Below are positions 25,020 through 37,959 of a stretch of 64,000 nucleotides of DNA, in pieces. The notes beneath the pieces are model-generated. The model made no database searches. It was not told where the DNA came from and saw nothing but the letters and a program-made list of their open reading frames with translations. Each line of letters starts with the position of its first letter. Position 1 is the stretch's first letter. The stretch comes from Basidiobolus meristosporus CBS 931.73. Taxonomy: Eukaryota; Fungi; Basidiobolomycota. Location: the NCBI GenBank assembly GCA_002104905.1, contig MCFE01000145.1, positions 62,001 to 126,000 of the forward strand. Reading direction: 5' to 3'. Both the position numbers and the translations under genes were made by a program.

Positions 25020-26438
25020 TAGATAATCCATGACTATTGCACCATTGTGTGCCAGATTGTCCTGTAAAATGCAAAGTTGTACCAGAGCAAACTTACCTAT
25101 CAATAACTATACTATTCCTCTAAATTGCTCTTAAAAACACTGGATCACACTACAAGCCCTTGTATGGTATGATGGAGCAAGTTGAACATGTATGATGCAT
25201 ATTGGATTGCATTGGCATGCATCCAATCACATTTGTTACTGATTACTTATTTAATTAGAAATTTGTGAGAAAATTGACACTAAAATCATTGAGTCATTGT
25301 TAAATGATGAGTTTTGCAACATAATGATGAGACATATGGCAGATGCTGAACACTTAGTTAAAATGTAGGACAAGTCATATAAATCATGCTGACTCTATCA
25401 AACAAATTTAACAAACTCCTACTCTATCCCTCACTAATCTTAATATAACTTACTTATCTTGAAAGTATTTTCATGTCAATCCCATTGCTGCTACCTGATT
25501 TCCTTTTGACAAATTAGAGGAGGTCTGTATTAAGCAATGTGGACTTTCTACCCCAATCTACTCTAGGCAATCCCATATTAAGCTTCTCTTATACTACACC
25601 AGCATGCCCTACAAATTTTGATCCCATAATCCATGGCAACAAAAAGTCCTAAAAGTATTCATCTACAGCAGACTATAATGGCAAACCTTCTTGCCAAGAG
25701 TATGGATGACCCTCTGAAGGGAAGCAACACTTTCATCTTGGCAAATACTAGGCACATTGAATGAAGTTTCAAGCACTATCTGGTATTGAGGGTAACATCA
25801 CCTGGTTTAGTGGGGCATTTGCTGGAAGTAGGCATGATAAAGCACCTTTGGAGGAGTATCATCTAGAATTCAGTAGCAGACTTGGCCTATATAGGAGGTG
25901 ATTGTTGGAGCTTACGTTGTATTACAGTGTATGGGAAGTCATCTTATGATGTGCAGAGGATAGCCAGAGATTAGGATGTATTACAGCTTACAGGAGCCAA
26001 GGAATGTTGTGCTTAGCAGGAAGCAGAAGCTCTACAATCAGATATTGAGTCATTTCAGAGTGAGAGTAAAGCATACATTTCAATTTCCAAAGATATTCAG
26101 CATACTGGTGGGTAAATACAGTGGATAGTCACATATATGAGAAGACAGCAAAATATATATAAAAGAGTCAAGATACTGATTAATGGACAATATACTTTAT
26201 TAATGAAGACATCTATTTAGAAAAAAGTGTCTGGGGCATTATGAATTATAAGTAAATAATGCAAGAGATGAACTATTGTGGCCAACATAAGAAAGATTAA
26301 GCAAAATTATAAGTAACAGTATTCCACCACTGGCATCATAATAGAGAATGTGGTACTAGGCAGTGCTGTAGAGAGGCAGATCAATCCAGCACCATAAGCT
26401 GGCTAGCACTTTGTGGCTTTATCTAACATACCAAGTCT
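25020..26438 (+). mobile_element. Highly degenerate Pangu relic (transposase and right end)
   Basis: 25440-26250 aligns to the transposase with deletions. Terminus CCAAGTCT at 26438. An inverted left-end remnant lies at ~25020-25185. Confidence 0.7.
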
Positions 26439-26949
26439 AGAGCACCCAATTTTTGTATACAGAAAGAAACATGAAAGCTCTGTAATGGCCATGTTGCGGA
26501 CCTCTGTGGGCATTATAACAGAAGTGTGGCAATCCACATGTAGCTTTTATATTGCTAGCATACCAATTTACCAAGTGGTGCTTCCTTTTTCTTCCTCCCC
26601 TTACACTCTTTGTCAATTCTGTTGGAAATTACACCTTTTGATTCTCTCACCCACTGCTACCATGGGTATTATGTTTTAAAAGTTTACAACTCCACATTAA
26701 TACTCAGCTAACTTGACTTGTTAGAATATTGCCCCAAAATCGTAGAGAACATTGACCAAATCCCTTGTTGGAACAGACTGAGAATTTTTTTACATAAACA
26801 CCAGTTATGCCAAACATCAAAATTGTCAATGTTATCCAAACTGCCCCATACTTTACACACATGTTCTTCAGACCTTTTTAAGGCTATTTTGCATGCTTAT
26901 TATACCAAAATTATGTAAAAATATAACTAGTAGCTTTATATTCTGTAAA

Positions 26950-29434
26950 TAATCAGGTAAAAAACCACATAATCACATTGTATACTACCAATGTTCTTGC
27001 TACACATTCTACACACAGCTATGAACAAGAAAACTCTGGCCTCCTTCCCAGTCTCTGCTAGATGGATGCTAGTCCAGTCCATTTGACACAACTTTGGTAC
27101 CTCAGCTTTGCCACTTTTCAATGAGATATTTGCAATGTTTCCTTATACTGTGTATTGCTGGAAACTTACCCAACTTGCAAACACATGCTTGGTTGATGCC
27201 ACTTTTTCCATGAATACCCTCTGTGTACCTTCAAGAAACCTTTTGATACAGAGCCACTATATTCCTTCTCCCTGCTGGATCCTAGTCCCCTCTGTAGGTG
27301 CACTCTGGCACTTGTTAATGTGAATGCTGTCTTGAAAGGTGTACAAACTGGCTTGTAACCATATGAAGCTTGTCATACAGTGGTAGACTCTCTTTATAAA
27401 TGTTAGCCTGTTTCATCCATCTTAATCTTTCATTACTTTACTGATCATTCTCACTTTGCAGCTGCTTAGCTTCTCAATGTCAAAGGCATAGGTGTCTCCA
27501 TGTGCATATCTGCCTTCAGTATATCATAGCTCTTCCTGGCTGTCCTGCTTAAGCCAGCTTATCACATCCATGACACAACTGAAGGTAAACTCTTGATGAG
27601 ATTAGGATTTGGTAGTATATTGACTTGACTTGTTTTCCTATTGGCCCATATATCTGCTCTCTTGGAGGCTCCCAAAGGGTCCAACAAGATCTGATATTAT
27701 TAGCATGCTGAACAAGATTACAAAGAGAAAGGATGCAGTAGTGGCCTAAGTCTGTGCATTCAGCTTTATGCTTGTAGTATAGCTGCACAAACTTGGTAAC
27801 AAACTCCTTGCAGCAATGCTGTAGATGCTCCTAATTAACATTGATGTGTCACATCTGGATAGGTACTTCTACAATGACCACATTTGACTCTCAATGTTAC
27901 TGATGCACACTTGGTCAAAAATTCTTCAGAGCACTTCCTGAGTATATACATTTCTTGTTCATCTACTCCTTGCACTTGTATAATTAAATATCCATATAGA
28001 TATTTATCAAAGCTTGTGAGAAGCACACTGGGTAGCTGATATTGTGTAATATATTGCCAACTTGCTGTAAATCTTCTGGTATTTCAAAGGGCTTCTTGAG
28101 CTTGATATGCACCATGTACTACTTGCCAAGAAAAGGGCCTAGTAGAGTACAAGCAGTATTAGTCACTATAGCAGTCAAAGACCTGGCAGTGCCATAGGTA
28201 ATGGAAGAATGAAAAGATTCTATCCAAATCAGAGACAGGGAAGTGTGAAGAAGAGGCTCCAGTCCTCACTGACTAAACATGCTAGCCCAGAACAGGCTGG
28301 GACTCATAATAGCCAAGAAGAAATATTAGCAAGATAACTACTGTTTAGTCACAACTTGGAAGCGCGGCTGTTTGAGGTACACTCCAGTGAGGTTGATCAG
28401 CTTTTGGAGAAAGGTGACTTGTCTACCACAGCCCCAAATCCTCCTTTGCACACAGATTGGAGATACCACTGATAAGAAAGGGAACAATATCAACAACACA
28501 GAAGACCAGCTATGCTCACAGTGAGATTTTGGAGTATTAATAGGGACACCAAAAGGTTACACTACTTCAATATGAGTAGTGCTTAAGTAAATCCACTTGA
28601 AGATTACAAGGACTTATTGCAAAGACTGGCAGCTGGTATGCTGGGCCTTGTAGTGCTGGCTAAAGAATAGGATGAAAGGGAACCAGGAAATGAGCAATGC
28701 ATAAAGCCATAGGGTTCCTGCAAATGTCATAAAAAGAAGTGGCATCAAAGAAGTATTTATCAATTAGTGTGTCTTAATGAAGTTGCTTGATGTGCAAGAG
28801 GTTGGGCTTGGTGTTAGTGCAAGGTATAAGGACTTGTATAGATCAGCACAGAAGATTATAGAGCTACAACTGACATCTTGACAGATATAAGCCAATTTGA
28901 GGCTGGCAGAGAACTAATCAAAAGGCACTAATGTGCCACAGTGATGAAATATTTTGGTGCAATATTCCAAGGAGTATTGGAAGTGATGTGGAGAACTAGT
29001 GGATATACATGTTATTCACTTGTAGATATATTGATCAAAGTATGGTAATTATACTTTTGATATAGTAGAGTAAACAAACATGTACAGTTTGTTAAGGAAG
29101 GCCCCAAGAATATGTGTGCAAAGTTTGGGGGCTTTTGGACAACATTGAGAAAGATCATAACCTGGGTACCTGATAATTTGCTGAAAATATTTTAAGTAAA
29201 TCCCAAGAAATTTGGTTAGGACAGAATGCTAATCAATGAATAAGATCTATGTGACTAAGTAAGCATGAATACTTTGGTGACAACTTAATAATACTACATA
29301 CTTGACCAAGTTTTTGTGATATCCAAGGTGCAATATGTTTTAACGGCCTTTACATGGTGTCCTAATTATATCAGTATTCTTCAATCATTATATGTAGCCT
29401 TTTGTCAGGATCATCAAAATTATTTTTCATAGGG
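26950..29434 (-). mobile_element. Deleted CACTA/EnSpm-like relic
   Basis: Transposase remnants on - (LYYKHKAE...GPCWTLWEPP). ORF2 remnant ~28200-28800 on +. TIR AATTATTTTTCATAGGG ends at 29434. Confidence 0.7.
28955..29300 (-). repeat. Diverged Copia-E-like LTR
   Basis: Aligns to 58990-59340 (TATTGGAAGTGA...AAGGAAGGCCCCAAGA...GCAAAGTTTGGGG). Confidence 0.55.
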
Positions 29435-29439
29435 TTTTT

Positions 29440-29970
29440 GTCATAACACCCTTTTTCTGTAGGTTTGATGGGAGCCTTACAGCATCAAGCTCTTATTTAC
29501 TCAATAGTACCCATTTTCAATGACTTTAGGGAGTGCTGCAGGGCCTGCATCTCATCAACCAGTCCTAGTGATAAAGCTTTGTAGTATTCAGGTGCACTTT
29601 CTTGAACACTACTCTTCAAGAAGTGCTAGCCTGTTGATACACCAATTAATGATCCAATATGCCACTGTAGGCATTAAAGTAGTCTTCTAGGTTTTCTGCA
29701 TTGTTACTTTCTCTAACAGTAAGATTGCAGCTCTGTCTACAAAGGAGGATGTGGAGGCAGAGGTAGGCAAATTGCCTTTCACTGCAAACTCATCTTCCTC
29801 ACTTGAGTGTGGCTTCACTGGCTACACATCCAACTCTTAAGAAGACTGCTATTGTCTTAGTGATAGTTCTTCTAAAGTATTAAAGGATTGAGTCTGTTCT
29901 GGGCTGAGGAACATAACTGGTGATTGCGGCAACTTTTTTCTCATAGCTGCCTTTCTCTGTCTTGCCTAGA
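29440..29970 (-). pseudogene. Diverged fragment of CACTA ORF2
   Basis: The reverse complement of 29540-29700 aligns to 42990-43140. Confidence 0.5.
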
Positions 29971-29977
29971 CTTTTTT

Positions 29978-30538
29978 CACTATGAAAAATAATTTAGTCC
30001 TGCAGATGGATCCAATCCAGATCAGCCATCAGGATTGTATTGAGAGACTGTCATAATACCAGCAGCCTGGAATTAGCAACCCTCTTAACAATCTTATCAC
30101 AGGATCATGGCAGTGTTTTGCTACTATAAATGCCAACTAAATTTACAAGACTTGACAAGATTCCATTGGTGCTGTGACAATAATTGCACGGCATTGTTGC
30201 AGTCTTATTGCACTCTACAACTATTTTAGATGGATCCAACAGGCCAGGACATCCAATTTCCTTGTCTGGCAAGAAACTTGATGGTAGTCCAGCAGCCTCA
30301 CAGGAAGACTCTGATGGCATGATAATGGCAGTATGGAGGCCTACAGCTAGTTCTGTAAAATGCCACTGCACCAATTTACCAAATGGTATTTCCTTTTTCT
30401 ACCTTGCCTTGAGCAATTCATATATTCCACTGTTGAGTCATCCCTCTTTATTTGCTTACCTACTACTACTTTGGGTATTCCATATATAGTCCAAATAAAA
30501 AAAAACTATGGCCTCCTGCCTACTAACCTCTACAGAGC
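29978..30538 (-). mobile_element. CACTA-like element terminal part (host of Gypsy-B; continues at 44924-45900)
   Basis: Starts CACTATGAAAAATAATTT. Collinear with 36341-36900. The sequence resumes at the equivalent position after 44923. Confidence 0.75.
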
Positions 30539-33500
30539 TGTAGTGGGGTCACAGTGACACTCACCGACAAATGTGCACTTTGTCATATCATCTACTTCCC
30601 TATTTCTCAACTACACTTCTTTTAGTTTTATCCAATTTGTCTTACTTGATCAGCACTATCACATAAGCTGGCTGACTATCACACCTGCTTACCTTATTGC
30701 ATAAGTTATCCCTCACTTTACGTAAGATTACTACTAGTAAGTGCTTTGATATTAGGTAAGCACCTGCACCGGTACCCATGACACAAGATCAACCTGTGTT
30801 GCCATCCCTACCATTTCTATACTTTATATGGTATCCCTATATTATGCAGGTTTCAGGGTACTGATTCCTGACTGGTTGGATGTGCTGTGCCTCTTAGAAC
30901 CTTCTGGCACTTACTTGGAATATTCTTAGCTCATTCTGATGTCGTTAAGATTTCTACTGATCTCCAGAACCTTTGGGAACACCATGATTGGTAGTCACTT
31001 GGCCAGTGAGAGAGGTATAGAGGGGAGGCAATCCCTCAACAATATGTTATCATCCCTTTTATCAATATACCAACTTGTTGATTAATGTGATCACTGCTAC
31101 CTGAACTTCCAACCCCAGACCACAGGACACCCCCAGGAAACTGTGCTGATAGGCAACTGACCTTAGAGGCACTTCTGGTGAGGGATACTCAGAGTAGGTA
31201 TCTTTTATTATATATGATTCTTTCCCAAATTTGCTCTTGTACAGGCAAATATATTTTTCTGCCTTTGTAACCAATGACCAAAGCTGCATTCTTATCAGGT
31301 ACCTTCTGATGAAGTTTACAGTTGTTTTGACTTTGAAAGCTTTAGTACATTGTCATCTTAAAGGATGCTGAACCCAGCACATACTTTTGTTAAGATGCCT
31401 ACTAAGTTGGGGATTGTAGCTCAATAGTGTTCCCTTAACAAGCTTGTGGCTTTATTCCCCATCACCTTAGATTAGAGACAGAACCCAAGTATTCCTAGCA
31501 AGCTTTTGCCAGAGGTTATTGCATCCAGTGAACATCCCACACATAAAACACTTGAGTAGTGTTGGACATATCTCTCCCTTGGACTTATACACCACCATAT
31601 GATTGGCACCCAAGATGGGTGGTTCATACAAGCTCCCTAGGACCAAACAAGATTTACCTGAAGATTTGAGCCATTATGCACTTATTGAAAAGAGACTACC
31701 AATATTATCAAGATTACAACATCAACCCACCAACCCAAAATGAACTGTATACCAATACCACTCTCACATGTAGCTTTACAGTTTGATGGAAAGAATGTGG
31801 AAAGCTTCATATTCAAATGGGAGAAGCTCTGCAAGGTGTGCAGCCTATTTGAACACAAAACAGCTGAAGACTTCCCCTACTACTGCACCAATGATATTAC
31901 CACTAAGCTTCTCAGACAAGGAGGCATTCTCACTGACTGGGCCTTAATCAACACCTACCTATAGATCAAGTATGGAAGACCCCAGATATACTATGGAACT
32001 GAAGACTTCAGACACTTTGGAAGGACTGGAATTTCTGAGCTACTACTTAAAGTGTTTATTCAATAGTATGAAGACATGGCCAAGCCACTCCTGGAGTCCC
32101 AAGCTATAAATGAGTTTATCATGACACTTTACCTTGCACATGGGCTTCCCCAGGACTTGGTAAGGAAAGTTGACTTTTATGCGGCCAAGGAGGATAGGTC
32201 TGGCATTCCATGCCTTGCAGAGATGAAATGTGTTTTCCTAGAGGCAAAGCAGACTTCTGCCTTTATGATACTTTTGAAGTCTAATTTGCCAGACAAGTCA
32301 ACCAAGGAGCCTAGGTGTGCTGTTGCTGACAATCAGACCTACACTACCAACAGAATTGACTAACTTGCTGAGCAGCTACAAAAGCTAGCCCTCAAGATTA
32401 ATGGCTCAGCTGAAGTAGCTACTGAGAGCCAAAGACCTTTCCCCAGACACAGCATTTGGTGTGACTCTGCTTCCCATGCTAGGCAAGAATGCTCAGAGCT
32501 TAGTCAACTACTTAGAGAAGGAGCTCTACAGTTTGATGCCAATGGAATGTTTACTGACAGGAAAGGAAGAAGGATCCCCACCTATTTCCAATGAGGATGG
32601 ATGAGAGCTCTATTCCAGAAATCTGACTCAACAAAAGATGGATCTTGACCTGCTGATAACATCAGACCATCCAAAGAAACACCAGAAGATATACAACTAC
32701 ACCTGAGAGACTTAAGCAACCTATCATTGGTGATGGAAACCTAACACCAGAGGGGATCTTATTATCTGAAGAAACCCTGAAAAGATATGATAAGGTTTCC
32801 TCATACAATGATAAGGAGATGGGACTCTTAAAGACATTGGCTGAAGAACCTATCAAGATTCATACAGTGCCCCAAGCACCCTGGTCATTTAAGCCTTACC
32901 AAGTGCCCAGATGACTCCAAGCTTATGCTCATGACCTACTTAAGAAGAAAATAGAGGCTGGTATCCTAGAGCCTTGCCATGGACCTTATGCTAACAGATG
33001 GCTTGTTACTAAAATGAAGAATGGAAAGCTCTGATTTTTCAAGAGATGCAACCTGCAAGTGCCATCACTGTTGGAGATGCTGCTATACCTCCATCTATTG
33101 ATGACTTTGCAGAAAGCTTTAGTGGCCACTCCATCTACTCATCATATGGTCTCTACTCAGGATATGACCAGATTCCTATACATGAGACATCAAGAGACAT
33201 ATTGCTCTCCAGGCACCATTTGGACTCTTAAGGATGACAAGACTCAGCCAAGGGGCTACAAGCTCTGTTGCTCAGTTCCAGAGATGCATGGCAAATTTGC
33301 TGTATCAGTTTATACCTGAGAAACCTGCTGTCTTTGTTGATGAGATGTGCATCACAGGATCTAAATTCCCAGACACCACTGAAGTTATGCCTGAAGTAAG
33401 ACAGTTTGTCCATGACCATATTTCAGACATTGATGCCATATTAGTAGCCATTGGGGATGCTGGATTCACTGTCAATGGTGAGAAATGTAGCTTTGGTGTA

Positions 33501-34795
33501 TCAGAAATACCTATAGATGGACAAATATGCAGCACCTTTGGTTGTTCACCTGGAGGCTCCAAGACACAAAAAATATGCAACTGCCTACCCCCACAAATAT
33601 ACATAAGCTTGTGGCTTTGTGGCAGCTGGTGAGTTCTTTAGGATCTGGATCCCTAGATTCTCTGAGATAGCAGAGCCAATCTACTGACTACAGAGAAAGA
33701 ATACCCCATTTATCTGGGGAGAAGAACAAGAAGAAGCCAGGCAATCACTAAAAGATGCCTTAGTATCTCTACCAGTTCTGTGCCCTCTTGAGTATCAGAA
33801 CACTGAATGCCCACCTATTTTGACAGTTGATGCAAGCCCTATAGAAGCAGGAGCACTACTTGGCCAAAATGATGAAGATGGCAACCTCTATGCCTGCAGA
33901 TATGAGAGCTGCTTATTCTCTCCTAGAGATCAAAGATACTCACAGATGAAGAGAGAGCTACTAGGAGTTGTGAAGATGCTGAGGAAGCTGAAGTTACAAC
34001 TCTACATGACACATTTCATCCTGGAGACAGATGCCAAGCCACTTATAGGAATGATCAACAACCCTGACCTGCCTGATGATGCTAAAAGCCAATGAATGCA
34101 TGGCTGAAAATGCTTGACTTTGAGGTCAGACATATCCCTGGCAAGACAAATGTTGTGACTGATGCACTCTCCAGGAAGGGACTATAATTATTTGAAGACT
34201 TGGACCCTCACTTTGATGATATGATTGATGTAGAGATTTAACAGATTGCCATCAAAGACCAAGAGAGAACTGCCTGGAGCCTAATTAAAGAATATTTAAG
34301 GACACTCAAGAAACCTAATTGGATGGAAATTCATGAGTTTAGATTTCTCAAACAGAAGTCACATCACTACCATCTCAAATAAGATATTCTCTTTAAACAA
34401 GTGAAGCCTGAACTTATGCCAAGAAGAGTAGTTTCTAACCCACAAGAGCAACTGGACATCATGTCAAGTATCCATCAAGGAGTGCCGGGAGGACATAGAG
34501 GACAAGAAGCCACCTACAATACCATAGCTCAGAGGTATTACTGGAAAAATATGTACTATGATATTGAAAACTTTGTTGAGTCATGTGCAGCCTTCCAGAA
34601 GAGATCCTCCAGGCATTACAAAGAGCCACTGCATCCTACTTACACATTCTGTCTATGGCAAAAGGCAGGTAGTGACCTTGTCCAGATGCCAACAGCTGGA
34701 TCAAGGAAGTACCTGATTGTTGCTAGAGATGACCTTAGTGAATGGGCAGAAGCTCAAGCCTTGCCCAACAACAAGAGCCATATTATATGGAGATT

Positions 34796-36025
34796 TGTGG
34801 TAATGGAAAGTATTTCATTACTACAATATCTCAAAACCACCATTGCACTTATTTCTTTATTTTGCTTTTTTGCTATTGTAACACACAGGTGAAAGATCAA
34901 CAATTTACAACTTTGAAGGACAAATACTCCAGACCCTGACAAGTAATCCACCTAAGAATATCATGGCATACAGAACACACAGTAGCCAACACATGTTTTA
35001 AATTGCAGCTCATTTGAAGCAGTACTTAAGGAGTTATAACCAAAGAAGTCCATTTATTTTATATACTAGGTCACTATTGCTAGAATTACTATGGTGACTT
35101 TGACTGCATGTCACTTTTGAACCAGCCAATCAAATCACGTAATATTCTCACAGGTGCTACGCCTACAGTCAATCTGCGCCACTGCTATACTTTAGCTTTG
35201 TATCATGTGTATTGCTTATGCAATTACCAAAAAACTTTGATCCTTCAGAAATTTTATATATATGACTTCCCAAGCTGGAAAATAAAGGAGAGCCTCTCTT
35301 TCCAGAATCTCCACACTATGTTACAAGTTTAAGGTTATAAGACTTCCCCCACATCACTTACACTGTTGAGTATTCCAACTTTGCTCAGTACCACATCAGT
35401 AAAGATGCTGCAAAGCTCACAAAAATCTACTCTGAGTTCTACAAGAAACTACCACTTTTCTGTTGGAAAAGTCCCCTCTAAGAAGCCCCTTTACTCTAAA
35501 GACACCCCTTTAGTCTAAAAGCCCCTTCAGAGACCCCTTTAAGAAACCTGTTTACTCTGAAGAAGCCCCTTTAGGCACCCCTTTGGTGTAAAGTCCTCCT
35601 TAGAGACCACTACAAGAAGCCCCTTTACTCTAAAGACACCCCTTTAGACACGCCTTTAGGTCTAAAGACCCCTTCCTAGACTTCTACAACACACCCCTTT
35701 GGGCTAAAGGGGAATGCAGAATTTCTATATTAGGAAATATTCCTGCAGAAAGGAAAGTGACTTTCAAATAAGGAAAAGTTACTATAAAAGTAAATAAGCC
35801 TATTAGTCAGCAGAAGGTCAGAACACTGCTGAAGAAGTGAGAAACACTGCCTATAGTATATTTTGAGCCTAAGATTGAGGATGTTAGTGAAAGTTGTATC
35901 TTCCATTGATATATCAAACTTGCAATAAACTATTTTAGTATTAGCATACGGGAAGTTGATGTTTATTGTTGATTAGCCTCTACATTGTAGAACAAGCCCC
36001 AAACTAATCATAATACAACACAACA
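34796..36025. repeat. Solo LTR, family C (1230 bp), GATT TSD
   Basis: TGTGG...CAACA ends. GATT at 34792-34795 and 36026-36029. Removing it restores integrase IWRFILEDIICRFG. Confidence 0.9.
35470..35710. repeat. Imperfect tandem array of CCCCTT(T) units inside LTR-C
   Basis: Repeated AAGAAGCCCCTTTACTCTAAAGACACCCCTTTAG-like units. Confidence 0.8.
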
Positions 36026-36799
36026 GATTTATACTTGAAGACATTATCTGCAGATTTGGCTGCATCCAACAGTTTGTTGCTGACAGAGCTGAGATGACAT
36101 TCCTAATGATTCAGGAGTTGTGCTCAAAGTACAAGATACACATTGCTTTTACTACAGCTTTCCATCCTCAAGCCAATTGAATAGCAGAGAGAGGACATGA
36201 ACCACTAGTAAGCTCTCTTGTCAAGACCTGTGGGAATAATACAACATGGTGGCCACACCAATTATATCTTGCACTCTGGGCAGATAGAATTACTACCAAG
36301 AGAACAACTGGATTATCACCATTTAAGCTACTCTATGGACCCCTATGAAAAATAATTTGGTCCCGCAGGTGGATCTGATCCAGATCAGCCATCTGGATCC
36401 TGCTTTGAGACCATCATGATACCAGCAGCTTGGAATTAGTGACCCTCCTAACTATCTTATGACATAATCATGACGGTGTTTTGCTAATTTTACAACCAAA
36501 TAAAAGGATAAAACCTGATGATATTTTATCAGCGCTGTGACAATATTTGCATGGTATTATTGTGGTCTTTTAGTGCTCTATAACTATTTTAAGTGGATCC
36601 AGTTGGCCTGGACATCCAATTGCCTTGTAAGGCAAGAAACTGGATGGTACTTTGATGGCCTCACTGCAAAACTCTGATAGCAATATATCAGCAGTATGAC
36701 GGTCTACCACTGGTTCTATATAATGCTACCATACCAATTTACCAAATGGTATTTTCTTTCTCTACCTCCTCTTGTGCAATTCATATACTCAACTGTAGA

Positions 36800-37950
36800 G
36801 TCAGCCCTCTTTATGTGCTTACCAACTACTACCTTGGGTATTCCACATACAATTTGAATTAAAAAAAACTATGGCCTTCTGCTTAATAACCTCTACAAAT
36901 GTGCACTCCTGCTGCAATTGACATACTTCTATCACCTCAACTTTATGGCTTTTTAGTTTAATACTTGCAAAGCTGCCATATACCTTGTACTGCTGGTAAC
37001 ATATACATCTTGCAAACATATGCTTGATTGTTGCCACTTCTGCCATGAATACCTCCGGAATATCCGCAAAGTACTTCTTGGTGTATAACCAATATATTCC
37101 TTCTCCCTACTAGATTCTAGTTCCCCTTAGAGGTGCACTCTGGCTTTTGTTTGTGTGAGTGCTGTATTGAATGGTGTAGAAGATGGCTTATGACCATTAG
37201 AAATTGGGCATCTATTGGTAGAGTTTTTCCAACAAAAATTTGTTGCTTGTTGCACCCAACCCAATTTTGCATTGCCTAACTGATTACCCATGCATTGGGG
37301 CTGCTTAGCTTCTTAATGCCATAGGCATAGGTGTCTTTATGTGCACATTTGTCCTCAGTATCTTCCAACTCTTTCTGGCTGTCCTCCCTATGCCAGCAGC
37401 AGAGATCTATGTGTTGAGCTTTATGTTTGTAGTATAGCAGTTTAAATCCTGGCACAAACTCCTCATATAACAGCTGTAGATGCATCAAGTAGGCGTTGGT
37501 GATCTGCTTCTGGACAAATATTCCTACATTGTCCACATATGACTCCCAATGCTTCCAATGTACTCTTGGCATGAATGGCTTTAAAATGCCACTTGAATAA
37601 ACACATATCCAGCTCATCCAGTCTTTGCATTTGTATTGTTGCATATGGGTAAGAGTATTGATTGAAGCCTGGGAGAAGTACTTAGGGTAGTGGATACTCT
37701 GTAATATCATATCCATTGTGCCTGGAGAAACCTACTATCTTGTAAATAGGGATTTGACCAGGCTCATGGTACTGTTGTTAGGAGAGATAGGCTCACAATC
37801 CATCAGTGAGCCTTCTTTGTCAGAGCTTTCACACTGCATGCCATATTCAGAAGGCTAGTTGAGCCTAAAGGAATCACAAACTCACCTGACTCAGTTTGCT
37901 CAAGGTGACAAAGACAGCCAGGTGCCAATATAGAAGTATCAACTGGCTGG
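36800..37950 (-). pseudogene. CACTA/EnSpm transposase C-terminal remnant
   Basis: LYEEFVPGFKLLYYKHKAQHIDLC. The sister copy at 45309-45629 has GPCFTFWEFPME...VLPYPNL, typical of fungal EnSpm transposases. Confidence 0.75.
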
Positions 37951-37959
37951 CACAATAAT

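Noticed and set aside
35470-35710. CRISPR-like array (also the GGCACTAT arrays)
   Set aside because: Units are short and irregular, with no unique spacers and no cas genes, in a eukaryotic TE context.
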